Shown: positions 30,169 to 42,850 of the stretch, one piece after another | How positions within the stretch are numbered: the stretch's first letter is position 1 | Layout of the letters: each line of letters starts with the position of its first letter | Assembly (NCBI GenBank): GCA_963654395.1 | Contig: CAVKBP010000001.1 | Span: 4,064 to 68,063, forward strand | Direction: 5' to 3' | Length of the DNA stretch: 64,000 nt | Source of the DNA: Ruminococcus sp. CAG:382 | Lineage (GTDB): Bacteria > Bacillota > Clostridia > Lachnospirales > Lachnospiraceae | Position numbers and translations under genes: made by a program | The notes under the pieces: model-generated | What the model saw: the letters and a program-made list of their open reading frames with translations, nothing else | Databases searched by the model: none | What the model was told of the DNA's origin: nothing

Positions 30169-30351
30169 AGAGAATAACGGATAAAAAAGAATAACGGATA
30201 AAGAAGAATAACGGATAAAAAAAGAATAGCAGATAAAAGAGTAACGAAAAAAGAATAACAGAAAAAAAGAATAACGGATAAAAAAGAATAACAGATAAAA
30301 AGAATAACGGATTAAAGAAGAGTAACAGATAAAAAAGAACAACAGATAAAG
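30155..30351. repeat. minisatellite, about 12 degenerate copies of AGAATAAC(A/G)GATAAAAA
   Basis: Read directly; unit 14-18 bp, variable A-tract. Confidence 0.9.
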
Positions 30352-30390
30352 AGTTTGTCAAGTAATGTGAGTAAGTTTTTTGTTTTTTTG

Positions 30391-30419
30391 TGGTGGTCGA
30401 TTTAACGACCACCATTTTT
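30391..30419 (+). terminator. intrinsic terminator
   Basis: TGGTGGTCG/CGACCACCA + T5. Confidence 0.7.
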
Positions 30420-30564
30420 ACGAGCTTCAATCAAACGGAAGTTCTTCATCTATACAACAATGGTTATGTTTCATGTTTTATCATACTAAACATGTCGTAT
30501 CTTAGCCTTACTATATAATGCTGCTTTCGGGACTATTCTTTTTTCATTTCACAGCCTCTTATGC

Positions 30565-31647
30565 TTAGTAAGTGAATGTCACAGAATACAGCGTGTAATC
30601 AGTCCGGCTGGTTGTTTTATATGCGTAGGATAACTGCGTTCCTGCATTGGCTGCCGCTGATTTGATGTCAAGGTCAGCGGTTGTTGTGAACTCTATATGC
30701 TGGAGCCTGTTGCGGATGCACCTAAGCATATAATTATCGAATTCCTTCTGTGAACTGATTACCGGAAGACCAGCCTGTACCGGATAGGTATATATATATC
30801 CGTCCGCCGGATTGGCTGTGTTTACAGCCGATTCCCAACTGTGGTCGATAGCCATATCGGCATCTGAAATATTAAAGTATCCATGGTCAATATATTCCGA
30901 TGTAGAGCCAACAGGATCATCCCATGTGACATCGACCTGATACCAGTCATCACCCAGCTTTACAACATTCCATATATGCTGCTGGCCGCCGGCTATGCCT
31001 GACAGAGTGTAATTCTCGATGCCGAGCATATCCATAAATGTTTTGAAGCTTTCAGTGTATCCGCTGCAGACGGCCTCACCATTAATAAGGGCATCGTAGG
31101 CATTAAAGGTTGAGCCGCCATTATCAATGTAGGTTATATGTGATACAAGATAATCGTGGATTGCAAGCTCGTTCTCGTAATCACTGTTCTGTTCAGAGGT
31201 GACCTCTGAAAGGATTTCAACATATTTGTTATATAATTCAAGCTGGCGGTCGTTGAGCTGTGAGGTATTATCAGAGCTGTATGCCTTGATAATTGCATAG
31301 TTATCCCAGCAGTCATAGGTTATCACCATGTTATAGCCGTCCCTTACGCGGCGGTATTCACACTTTATCTGCTCTATTCCGCTAATCTGTGTCAGCCATT
31401 CATTGGCATCTATCAGATTTTCATCAGCGACAAAAATATCACATTCGTTATTGTTATTTCCCATGGATTGTATTATAAACTGAATTATATCTTCAGTTGT
31501 TGCTGCTTTGTTATCAAAGGGGATATATGAAATTTCTGAAGAATTATCAGATGTATTATCAATTGTAAATGGAATGCTGCATCCGTAAAGAGAGGCTGCT
31601 AATATTGTTACGGCTAAAAGAGACGCCCAATATTTACTGAACTTCAT
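30565..31647 (-). CDS. lipoprotein with transglutaminase-like domain
   Basis: Lipobox LYGC; Cys-His-Asp triad AVCSGY / HIWN / DVTWDD. Confidence 0.85.
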   Translation of the reverse strand: MKFSKYWASLLAVTILAASLYGCSIPFTIDNTSDNSSEISYIPFDNKAATTEDIIQFIIQSMGNNNNECDIFVADENLIDANEWLTQISGIEQIKCEYRRVRDGYNMVITYDCWDNYAIIKAYSSDNTSQLNDRQLELYNKYVEILSEVTSEQNSDYENELAIHDYLVSHITYIDNGGSTFNAYDALINGEAVCSGYTESFKTFMDMLGIENYTLSGIAGGQQHIWNVVKLGDDWYQVDVTWDDPVGSTSEYIDHGYFNISDADMAIDHSWESAVNTANPADGYIYTYPVQAGLPVISSQKEFDNYMLRCIRNRLQHIEFTTTADLDIKSAAANAGTQLSYAYKTTSRTDYTLYSVTFTY

Positions 31648-31724
31648 GTGTTGTCTCCTGTCAATTAATTAATATGTGTGATTACAATTGTATAACGGGT
31701 TGATTACAAATACAAGGAGGAATT

Positions 31725-32588
31725 ATGACAGATTATCAGGTAAAAAATGTTAAGGATTTTGACCTTGCACAGACGCTCGAATGCGGACAGTGCTTTCATT
31801 TTATAAAGCTGGGTGAAGAGGATTATGTGCTGGCTGCAAAGGGAGAGGCTGTGCATGTCGCACAGCAGGGGGATACGGTAATATTCTATGATACGGATGA
31901 GACTGGATATGTAAATGTGTGGAAAGATTATTTCGACATGGACAGGGATTATTCGGCAGTCAAGGAAAGGCTGCTGGAAAAGGATGATAAATTAAAGGAT
32001 GCGGTTGAAAGCATGTGGGGAGTGAGGATTCTTAACCAGGAATTCTTTGAGACACTTATATCATTTATTATATCGCAGAATAAGCAGATACCACATATTA
32101 AAAAGATTGTTGCGGATATATCAGCGGAATTTGGTACATACAAGGGAAGCTTCGGTGGAGTGGATATGTACACATTTCCAACAATAGACCAGCTCGCGGG
32201 CGCCAGCGAAGAGGATTTTAAAAGGTTAAAGACAGGCTTTCGTGCGCCTTATATCATGGATGCAATAAGAAGAAATGTGGCAGGACAGTTTGATGAGAAG
32301 GAGCTTAGGGGCATGGATTATGATTCCTGTGTCAGGGAGCTTATGACGATAAAGGGTGTCGGGGAAAAGGTTGCTAACTGTGTGAGTCTGTTCGGGCTTG
32401 GAAAAAAGGAAGCATTTCCGGTGGATGTGTGGATAAAAAGGATAATGGAGACAATGTATTTTGACGGGGTGGATACGCCTAAGGATAAGATTGCCGCATT
32501 TGCAAAGGAACAGTTCGGGGAGCTTGGCGGATTCGCGCAGCAGTATCTGTTCTACTATGGAAAATCTGTTAAAATGGGCGTGAAATAA
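31725..32588 (+). CDS. ogg: 8-oxoguanine DNA glycosylase (HhH-GPD)
   Basis: TLECGQCF, ISFIISQN, GFRAPY, KGVGEKVANC, FPVDVW. Confidence 0.9.
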   Translation: MTDYQVKNVKDFDLAQTLECGQCFHFIKLGEEDYVLAAKGEAVHVAQQGDTVIFYDTDETGYVNVWKDYFDMDRDYSAVKERLLEKDDKLKDAVESMWGVRILNQEFFETLISFIISQNKQIPHIKKIVADISAEFGTYKGSFGGVDMYTFPTIDQLAGASEEDFKRLKTGFRAPYIMDAIRRNVAGQFDEKELRGMDYDSCVRELMTIKGVGEKVANCVSLFGLGKKEAFPVDVWIKRIMETMYFDGVDTPKDKIAAFAKEQFGELGGFAQQYLFYYGKSVKMGVK

Positions 32589-32628
32589 TTAATAAATTCT
32601 AAAAAGTATAATATATTTGAATTAGCTG

Positions 32629-32658
32629 TTGACAAATAAAAGCATGAAGTGTTACATT
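32629..32658 (+). promoter_or_regulatory. sigma-A promoter of groESL
   Basis: TTGACA at 32629, followed after 18 nt by TACATT with extended TG. Confidence 0.6.
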
Positions 32659-32672
32659 ATGTGCAGTGGTGG

Positions 32673-32699
32673 TTAGCACTCGAAAAGAATGAGTGCTAA
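32673..32699 (+). promoter_or_regulatory. CIRCE operator (HrcA)
   Basis: Perfect TTAGCACTC-N9-GAGTGCTAA upstream of groES. Confidence 0.97.
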
Positions 32700-32766
32700 C
32701 AGAAATTAAAAAGCTGCCATGAAGGGTTCACTCTTATGTGTAGACAGCGGAATGGAGGAATATATA

Positions 32767-33054
32767 ATGAAATTAGTACCATTAGGAGACAGAGTTGTAA
32801 TTAAAGCATTAGTTGCAGAGGAAACTACTAAATCAGGAATCGTCCTTCCAGGACAGGCTAAGGAAAAGCCACAGCAGGCAGAGGTTGTTGCTGTAGGACC
32901 TGGCGGAGTTATTGATGGCAAGGAAGTTGTTATGCAGGTTAAGCCTGGTGATAAGGTTATCTATTCTAAGTATTCTGGAACAGAGGTTAAGCTTGATGAG
33001 GATGAGAATCTTATCATTGTAAAGCAGTCAGACATTCTTGCTATTATTGAGTAA
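32767..33054 (+). CDS. groES: co-chaperonin GroES
   Basis: [31 protein letters not shown]. Confidence 0.97.
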   Translation: MKLVPLGDRVVIKALVAEETTKSGIVLPGQAKEKPQQAEVVAVGPGGVIDGKEVVMQVKPGDKVIYSKYSGTEVKLDEDENLIIVKQSDILAIIE

Positions 33055-33101
33055 TCAGTGATTATAGAGTTTTGAAATATATAAGTATATTGGTTTGTTA
33101 G

Positions 33102-34739
<1,638 letters not shown>

Positions 34740-34763
34740 TTCCACAATATAATAAAACATACA

Positions 34764-34789
34764 GCCCGGTGGGGATTTTCCCGCCGGGC
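34764..34789 (+). terminator. hairpin after groEL (probable terminator)
   Basis: GCCCGGTGGG/CCCGCCGGGC stem; weak U-tract. Confidence 0.6.
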
Positions 34790-34819
34790 ATATTGCTTTA
34801 AAAGAAAGGTTATCGGGTT

Positions 34820-35326
34820 ATGATAGAAGGAACAGTTGAGCAGATTGTTAAGGTTACTGCTCCTAAGATTTCGGTTTTTTACAGAATAATACTTGTGATA
34901 GCATGTCTTGTGGCTGCAACAACGATTGTGCAGACAGGCTGGTTAGGCGTAGTGGTGCTTGTTGTATTTGTATTCTTTACTGTATTCGTATTCGAGTATT
35001 ATAACGCGGAATATGAATACTCTTATGTTGACGGAAGTCTTACAATAGATAAGATTATGGCTAAATCAGTAAGAAAAAATGTAGGAAGCTTTGACCTTAC
35101 AAGAGCAGTGCTGGTTGCTAAGGTAAACAGCCAGGAGGCGCTTGGAAAGGCAAGGCAGCAGTTAAGGACTTACAATTGTTCATCGGGAGTTGATGATCCG
35201 GAGGACATTGTAATATACACCTATGAGAATGACAGCAACGAGATGGTTAGACTGTTCATGCTTCCGGATGCTTCAATGAAAGAAGCAATTGTGAGCGCTG
35301 TAGGAAACGGAGTCTCACATTTGTAA
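34820..35326 (+). CDS. DUF6106-like membrane protein
   Basis: Two TMs followed by EYEYSYVDGSLTIDKIMAKS.RK. Confidence 0.7.
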   Translation: MIEGTVEQIVKVTAPKISVFYRIILVIACLVAATTIVQTGWLGVVVLVVFVFFTVFVFEYYNAEYEYSYVDGSLTIDKIMAKSVRKNVGSFDLTRAVLVAKVNSQEALGKARQQLRTYNCSSGVDDPEDIVIYTYENDSNEMVRLFMLPDASMKEAIVSAVGNGVSHL

Positions 35327-35330
35327 AAAT

Positions 35331-35472
35331 GTAACTGTTCAGAGCCAGCCTCCAGAACGCTTCGCATTCTGTCGGTGAGGCGTATCCGCCAAATAAAATT
35401 TCAAAATCATCCATAGGAATGCAAGCATTCCATGTCTGATTTTTGAAATTTTGCTTGGCTCTGAACAGTTAC
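35331..35472. mobile_element. 142-bp MITE-like element, family A
   Basis: TIR GTAACTGTTCAGAGCCA/TGGCTCTGAACAGTTAC; flanks GTAAAAAT/ATAAAATT (6/8 match); inverted near-copy at 37201. Confidence 0.88.
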
Positions 35473-35496
35473 ATAAAATTGTGTCGTAAAAAATAT

Positions 35497-35525
35497 TTGA
35501 CTTTTACCGGCAGTTTTGCTATATT
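35497..35525 (+). promoter_or_regulatory. sigma-A promoter of guaB
   Basis: TTGACT-17 nt-TATATT with extended TG. Confidence 0.65.
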
Positions 35526-35551
35526 CTCTTGTAACATATTTATAAAATGAT

Positions 35552-35599
35552 GTAACTGTTCAGAGCCAGCATTGTGACGGCATGGCTATGAGCAATTAC
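35552..35599. mobile_element. short deleted family A element in guaB leader
   Basis: GTAACTGTTCAGAGCCA...TGGCTATGAGCAATTAC. Confidence 0.7.
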
Positions 35600-35659
35600 A
35601 TGTAGAAACATCCGGATTAATTTTTTAGTTATTCGGATTTTTTCTATATATTTAATTAA

Positions 35660-37150
<1,491 letters not shown>

Positions 37151-37166
37151 TCAGGAATAGAATCTA

Positions 37167-37200
37167 CATCCGGGCAGCACCTGCTGACCGGGTGTTTTTT
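37167..37200 (+). terminator. guaB terminator
   Basis: CATCCGGGCAGCA/TGCTGACCGGGTG + T6. Confidence 0.7.
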
Positions 37201-37342
37201 GTAACTGTTCAGAGCCAAGCAAAATTTCATAAATCATCCATAGAATGCTTGCATTCCTATGGATGATTTTGAAATTTTATTTGGCGGATACGCCTCACCT
37301 CCAGAATGCGAAGCGTTCTGGAGGCTGGCTCTGAACAGTTAC
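37201..37342. mobile_element. 142-bp MITE-like element, family A, with perfect 8-bp TSD
   Basis: Same TIRs as 35331; TGTTTTTT at 37193-37200 and 37343-37350. Confidence 0.9.
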
Positions 37343-37479
37343 TGTTTTTTTCACATTATGGGAAATTATTGTGAAATTATTGATATTGAATAACTATATG
37401 ATGTATAATGGACTGAGTATTAATGTGTATGAACAGGGTATATTTGGGGGCGTCAGATTAGCGAGAAGGAGAGAAGCAT

Positions 37480-38064
37480 ATGAAAGACAGAATACTCGGC
37501 AGATATATCGCAAAGAACCATACAGGCAGTGTATTCACTGATGATGAGCTGCAGGTAATAAGACAGGGCGACACAGACAGGCTTGTAGAGACATTTTTAA
37601 ACATGGGCAATGATTATTACAAGACACAGATGCAGTGTGCTATTAAGAGTCTGGGCAGGTTCGTGGATGGCGATATAGAACTTGACCATATTGATTTTGA
37701 AAGGGCTTACAGAGGTGAGTTCATGGGATGTCAGATTATGGATGGAGACATTGATGTGTTTCTTGGCATAGCAGGAGATGACAAGGAGCTTCTGAAGGTT
37801 GCATCCACATTTGCACAGGAGGACATCAGGGAATTTGATGCAGATGCATATGATGCATTGTGCGAATTTATTAATGTTATTAATGGCGCGTATGCGACAA
37901 GGCTTGGTGAGAAGGATGTTGAGGTGACTCTTCATCCACCGGTATTTTATAAGAATACAGAGGTTACAGCAGAGGATGGCTTCTATGTTGTGACATTTAA
38001 TATGGGAAATAATGTGTTTAAGATATTAATGGCTGCTGATAATAAAATCCAGCTTTCAGCATAA
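37480..38064 (+). CDS. cheX: CheX-like chemotaxis phosphatase
   Basis: DALCEFINVING (ExxN motif), LHPPVF; adjacent to cheY. Confidence 0.75.
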   Translation: MKDRILGRYIAKNHTGSVFTDDELQVIRQGDTDRLVETFLNMGNDYYKTQMQCAIKSLGRFVDGDIELDHIDFERAYRGEFMGCQIMDGDIDVFLGIAGDDKELLKVASTFAQEDIREFDADAYDALCEFINVINGAYATRLGEKDVEVTLHPPVFYKNTEVTAEDGFYVVTFNMGNNVFKILMAADNKIQLSA

Positions 38065-38078
38065 TAAGGAGAATAGTT

Positions 38079-38444
38079 ATGGCAAAAGTTTTAATAGTAG
38101 ATGATTCTAAGACATCAAGAAAATTTTTGAGAAATATGCTTGAAGATGCAGGTCATGAGATTGTATCTGAAGCAGTTAATGGAGCAGAGGGCGTAGAAAA
38201 GTATAAGCTTTATAAGCCTGATGTTGTTACTATGGATATCACAATGCCTGTCATGGACGGCATTGAGGCTGTAAAAGAGATTATGGAGATTGATCCGGCT
38301 GCTAAGGTTATTATGGTAACTGCTGCCGGACAGAAGACGAATATGGTTGAGGCATTGAAGAGAGGTGCGGCTGACTTTATACAGAAGCCATTTGACAGTG
38401 CAGTGATTACTAATACAATAGAAAAGGTTTTGGAAGACGAATAA
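38079..38444 (+). CDS. cheY: CheY-like single-domain response regulator
   Basis: IVDDS, TMDITMPVMDG, VTA, QKPF. Confidence 0.85.
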   Translation: MAKVLIVDDSKTSRKFLRNMLEDAGHEIVSEAVNGAEGVEKYKLYKPDVVTMDITMPVMDGIEAVKEIMEIDPAAKVIMVTAAGQKTNMVEALKRGAADFIQKPFDSAVITNTIEKVLEDE

Positions 38445-39181
38445 TGTATAATTACCGTATAGAAGCAGAATATGATGGCGGAAGATATGACGGCTGGCAG
38501 AGATTAGGAAAGGATGCCGGCACGAATACCATAGAATATAAGCTGTGTGAGATAATAAGCAGAATGACCGGAGAAACCGTAGATATGTATGTCGGCTCAA
38601 GAACAGAGAAGGGCGTGCATGCACTCTGCCAGACTGCGAATTTCAAGCTTGAGAAAAGTGTTAAGGCAATAGAGCTTAAGAATTATCTTAACAGATATCT
38701 TCCGCGTGATATCGCTGTCCTTTCTGTGACAGAAGCAGACGAAAGGTTTCACAGCCAGCTTAATGCAAAGTCTAAGATATATGAGTACAGGCTGGATACA
38801 GGCAATGTAGCTAATGTATTCAGGAGAAAATATGCTTATCATACATTCGATATGCCGGATTTTGATGCCATGAGAAGGGCTGCCGGATATTTCGAGGGAA
38901 AGCATGATTTCAGGGCATTTACTACAGCGAAGAAGAGTAAGAGCACTGAAAGGACTATTAAAAGGATTAATGTGGAATATGAGGGGACAAGAGCCTATAT
39001 AAGGATAGAAGCAGATGATTTCCTCCATAACATGGCAAGATACATGGTTGGAATGCTGCTGGATGCCGGTAATGGTCTTAAGAAGCCAGAGGATGTGAAG
39101 AGATGTCTTGACGGTGAGAATGTCCAGATGTCGCTTCCGGCAGAGAGCTACGGACTATTTCTTATAAAGGTGGTTTATTAG
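38444..39181 (+). CDS. truA: TruA-family pseudouridine synthase homologue (catalytic Asp replaced by Glu)
   Basis: YDG..Y.GWQ, SRTEKGVHA, KIYEY, GKHDF, FLHNMAR. Confidence 0.85.
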   Translation: MYNYRIEAEYDGGRYDGWQRLGKDAGTNTIEYKLCEIISRMTGETVDMYVGSRTEKGVHALCQTANFKLEKSVKAIELKNYLNRYLPRDIAVLSVTEADERFHSQLNAKSKIYEYRLDTGNVANVFRRKYAYHTFDMPDFDAMRRAAGYFEGKHDFRAFTTAKKSKSTERTIKRINVEYEGTRAYIRIEADDFLHNMARYMVGMLLDAGNGLKKPEDVKRCLDGENVQMSLPAESYGLFLIKVVY

Positions 39182-39202
39182 ATATTGTAAAAGGTGGAAA
39201 AT

Positions 39203-40969
39203 ATGAAGACAATTATAGAACTAATTACTGATGAGATTAAAAATGTATTCGTGGAATGCGGATATGATGAGGCATATGCGAAAGTTACAGTTTCTAACAG
39301 ACCTGACCTGTGTGAATTCCAGTGTAATGGAGCAATGGCAGCAGCTAAAGCCTATAAGAAAGCACCATTTATGATTGCTGACGAGGTTGTTGCAAAGCTT
39401 GCAGATAATAAGATGTTTTCTAAGATTGAGAGCGTTAAGCCGGGATTTATCAACATGAATATACAGGAGGATTATCTTGCCGGATATCTTAATGAGATGT
39501 CTGCGGCAGAAAAATTCGGATATGTTAATGCTGATAAGGAAAAGACTGTTATTGTGGATTACGGCGGAGCTAATGCAGCAAAGCCTTTACATGTAGGACA
39601 TCTGCGGTCAGCGGTTATCGGCGAAAGTGTTAAGCGAATCAACACATTTGTTGGAAATAAGACAATCGGTGATGTACATCTTGGAGACTGGGGTCTTCAG
39701 ATGGGACTTATCATAGAAGAGTTAAGAGACAGAAAGCCGGAGCTTCCTTACTTCGATGAGAATTTCACAGGTGAGTACCCAGAGGAAGCACCATTTACAA
39801 TCTCAGAGCTTGAAGAAATATATCCGGCAGCTTCAGCCAAGTCTAAGGAGGATGAAGCATTTGCTAAAAGAGCGCATGAGGCTACACTTAAGCTGCAGAG
39901 CGGTGATAAGGCATGCCGCGCAATATGGCAGCATATCATGAAGGTTTCCAAGGCTGACCTTAAGAAGAATTATGATAATCTTAATGTACATTTTGACTTA
40001 TGGAAGGGCGAGTCAGACGCACAGCCATATATAGATGAGATGGTTGATAAGATGGTTGCTGACGGAATCGCTTATGAAAGCCAGGGTGCTACAGTTGTAG
40101 ATATACAGCAGGAGGGCGACACGAAGGAGCTTCCTCCATGTATCGTAAGAAAGTCAGATGGAGCTGCACTTTATGCAACCTCTGACCTTGCAACTATTGT
40201 TGAGAGAGAAAAGCTTTATCATCCTGATACATATATTTATCTTGCGGATAAGAGACAGGAATTACATTTTACACAGGTGTTCAGGACAGCTAAAAAGGCT
40301 GGAATTGTGTCACCTGATGCAGATATGAGATTCGTAGGCTTTGGTACCATGAACGGCAAGGATGGCAAGCCATTCAAGACCCGTTCGGGCGGTGTCATGA
40401 GACTTGAGCATCTTATAGCTGATATTGATGAAGCCATATATGAAAAGATTGTATCTAACAGGACAGTAGAAGAGGCAGAGGCAAGGAATACAGCCAAGAT
40501 AGTAGGACTTGCAGCCCTGAAATATGGCGACCTTTCTAATCAGGCTTCTAAGGATTATGTATTTGATATTGCGAAATTCTCATCCTTTGAGGGTAATACA
40601 GGTCCATACATTCTTTATACAATCGTAAGAATTAAGTCGATTCTTAACAAATATACAGAAAATGGTGGAGATACCGGCAATCTTAAGATTATGGGTGCGG
40701 CAGAGGAAAGCGAGAAGAATCTTTCACTGTCTTTAATCAAGTTCGCTGATGTGATTGATGGAGCGTATAAGGATAATGCACCACATAAGATATGCCAGTT
40801 CATATATGAGGTATCGAATGCATTTAACGGCTTTTACCATAATAACAAGATACTTTCAGAACAAGATGAGTCGAAAAAAGCCAGCTATATTGCCCTTATA
40901 AGTCTTACCAAGAGCGTTCTTGAGCAGTGCATTGATTTACTGGCTATTGAATGCCCTGACAGAATGTAA
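39203..40969 (+). CDS. argS: arginine--tRNA ligase
   Basis: KPLHVGHLRS, GDWGLQMG, KSDG..LYATSDLA, GNTGPYILY. Confidence 0.96.
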   Translation: MKTIIELITDEIKNVFVECGYDEAYAKVTVSNRPDLCEFQCNGAMAAAKAYKKAPFMIADEVVAKLADNKMFSKIESVKPGFINMNIQEDYLAGYLNEMSAAEKFGYVNADKEKTVIVDYGGANAAKPLHVGHLRSAVIGESVKRINTFVGNKTIGDVHLGDWGLQMGLIIEELRDRKPELPYFDENFTGEYPEEAPFTISELEEIYPAASAKSKEDEAFAKRAHEATLKLQSGDKACRAIWQHIMKVSKADLKKNYDNLNVHFDLWKGESDAQPYIDEMVDKMVADGIAYESQGATVVDIQQEGDTKELPPCIVRKSDGAALYATSDLATIVEREKLYHPDTYIYLADKRQELHFTQVFRTAKKAGIVSPDADMRFVGFGTMNGKDGKPFKTRSGGVMRLEHLIADIDEAIYEKIVSNRTVEEAEARNTAKIVGLAALKYGDLSNQASKDYVFDIAKFSSFEGNTGPYILYTIVRIKSILNKYTENGGDTGNLKIMGAAEESEKNLSLSLIKFADVIDGAYKDNAPHKICQFIYEVSNAFNGFYHNNKILSEQDESKKASYIALISLTKSVLEQCIDLLAIECPDRM

Positions 40970-40981
40970 AGGAGAAATATA

Positions 40982-42007
40982 ATGGGTAAATTATTATCAT
41001 TTGCAATACCATGCTACAACTCTGCAGAGTATATGGAGCATTGCATTAATACGGTGCTTGCCGGAGGGGACGAGGTTGAGGTTATAATTGTTGATGATGG
41101 CTCAACAAAGGATAATACATTAGAGATTGCTAAGCGTTTCGAGAAAGAATATCCGGGAATTGTCAAGGCAATACATCAGGAGAATGGCGGTCATGGCGAG
41201 GCAGTCAATACTGGTCTTCAGAATGCCACTGGGAAATTTTTCAAGGTAGTTGACAGTGATGACTGGGTGGATGCCAGAAGCTATAAGAAAATGCTTGATA
41301 CATTACGAAGCTTTGAAGAGGGCAGCGAGCCTGATATGGTTATTGCCAACTATGTGTATGAAAAGGTCGGAGCTAAGAGAAAGAAGGTTATCCACTATGA
41401 AAATGTGTTCCCTGTAGAGCAGATGTTTACATGGGATGACATTAACATGAGGGATTTCAAGCTGGATCAGTATATTCTTATGCATACGGTTGTGTACAGG
41501 ACGCAGCTTTTAAAGGACTGTGGCTTGCAGCTTCCTAAGCATACATTTTATGTTGACAACATATTTGTATTCGAGCCGCTTCCACATGTCGAGAAGATGT
41601 ATTATGTTAATACTAATTTCTACAGATATTTTATCGGCAGGGATGACCAGTCGGTTAATGAGAGTGTCATGATTTCAAGGATTGACCAGCAGCTTTCTGT
41701 TACGAAAAGGATGATTGATTCATTCCTTACTGAGAATCCGCAGAATATGAACTGCAGGAAATATATGGTTAATTACTTGAGAATTATGATGGAGGTTTCG
41801 TCTATATTCTTAATCGTATCTGGGGAAAAGGAGCATCTTGAGAAGAAAAAGGAGCTCTGGCAGTATGCCAAGGATAAGGATGAGACACTTTATAAGAAGC
41901 TAAGACACAGTCTTTTAGGCTGGTCTGTTAATATACCTACTGCTGCGGGAAGATGGGTTTCCAAGCAGGGATATAAGATAGCTAACAATATTATAGGATT
42001 TAATTAA
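40982..42007 (+). CDS. GT2 family glycosyltransferase
   Basis: AIPCYNS, IVDDGS, ENGGHG, VDSDD. Confidence 0.9.
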   Translation: MGKLLSFAIPCYNSAEYMEHCINTVLAGGDEVEVIIVDDGSTKDNTLEIAKRFEKEYPGIVKAIHQENGGHGEAVNTGLQNATGKFFKVVDSDDWVDARSYKKMLDTLRSFEEGSEPDMVIANYVYEKVGAKRKKVIHYENVFPVEQMFTWDDINMRDFKLDQYILMHTVVYRTQLLKDCGLQLPKHTFYVDNIFVFEPLPHVEKMYYVNTNFYRYFIGRDDQSVNESVMISRIDQQLSVTKRMIDSFLTENPQNMNCRKYMVNYLRIMMEVSSIFLIVSGEKEHLEKKKELWQYAKDKDETLYKKLRHSLLGWSVNIPTAAGRWVSKQGYKIANNIIGFN

Positions 42008-42020
42008 AGGAGGAGGAAAT

Positions 42021-42785
42021 ATGTCTATTATTGATGCATTCAGACTGGATGGAAAGGTTGCAGTTGTAACAGGTGCCAACACAGGACTTGGACAGGGAAT
42101 GTCTGTTGCGCTTGCACAGGCAGGTGCGAAGGTTGTAGGTGCTGCAAGAAGATCCTGCGAGGATACTAAGAAGCTTATTGAGGCTGACGGTGGAGAATTT
42201 ACAGAGGTTATAGCAGACCTTTCAGATATGGCAGCTATAGAGACTATTGTTAATGGCGCACTTGCAGCTTATGGAAGAGTTGATATTCTTGTCAACAATG
42301 CAGGAATTATCAAGAGAAATGACGCTATTGATTTCACAGAGGAAGAGTGGGACAGCGTTATTCAGGTTAACCAGAAGATGCTGTTTTTCTTAAGCCAGGC
42401 ATTTGCTAAGCAGTACATCAAGCAGGGACAGGGTGGTAAGATAATTAACATCAATTCTATGCTTTCATATCAGGGCGGTATCAGAGTTCCTTCATATACA
42501 GCAAGCAAGAGCGCTGGAATGGGACTTACCAAGGCTATGTGTAATGAGTGGGCATGCCACAATATCAATGTCAATGCTATTGCACCGGGATATATGGCAA
42601 CCAACAACACAGCACAGTTAAGAAGTGATTCTGACAGAAATGAAGCTATCGTTGACAGAATTCCGGCAGGACGCTGGGGAACTCCTGAGGATATGATGGG
42701 AGCGGTTGTATTCCTTGCTTCATCTGCATCTGATTATGTCAATGGATTTACACTGGCTGTTGATGGCGGCTGGCTTGCAAGATAG
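42021..42785 (+). CDS. kduD: 2-dehydro-3-deoxy-D-gluconate 5-dehydrogenase
   Basis: TGANTGLGQG, SMLSYQGGIRVPSYTASK, VDGGWLAR. Confidence 0.9.
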   Translation: MSIIDAFRLDGKVAVVTGANTGLGQGMSVALAQAGAKVVGAARRSCEDTKKLIEADGGEFTEVIADLSDMAAIETIVNGALAAYGRVDILVNNAGIIKRNDAIDFTEEEWDSVIQVNQKMLFFLSQAFAKQYIKQGQGGKIININSMLSYQGGIRVPSYTASKSAGMGLTKAMCNEWACHNINVNAIAPGYMATNNTAQLRSDSDRNEAIVDRIPAGRWGTPEDMMGAVVFLASSASDYVNGFTLAVDGGWLAR

Positions 42786-42807
42786 TCACAGGTAATTCAA
42801 GAATAAT

Positions 42808-42846
42808 AAAAGGCGTTTCAACTTTTAACGGTTGAAGCGCCTTTTT
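42808..42846. terminator. bidirectional terminator
   Basis: AAAAGGCGTTTCAAC/GTTGAAGCGCCTTTTT between convergent genes. Confidence 0.75.
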
Positions 42847-42850
42847 GTTA

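Noticed and set aside
30155..30351. Possible CRISPR array
   Set aside because: Units are adjacent with no unique spacers; no cas genes.
30351..30380. GAGTTTGTCAAG as an IS end
   Set aside because: No matching second end or transposase remnant seen.
30044..30430. Minus-strand ORFs of 128 and 71 aa rich in F/L/Y
   Set aside because: They are translations of the minisatellite, with no RBS, and overlap a real gene.
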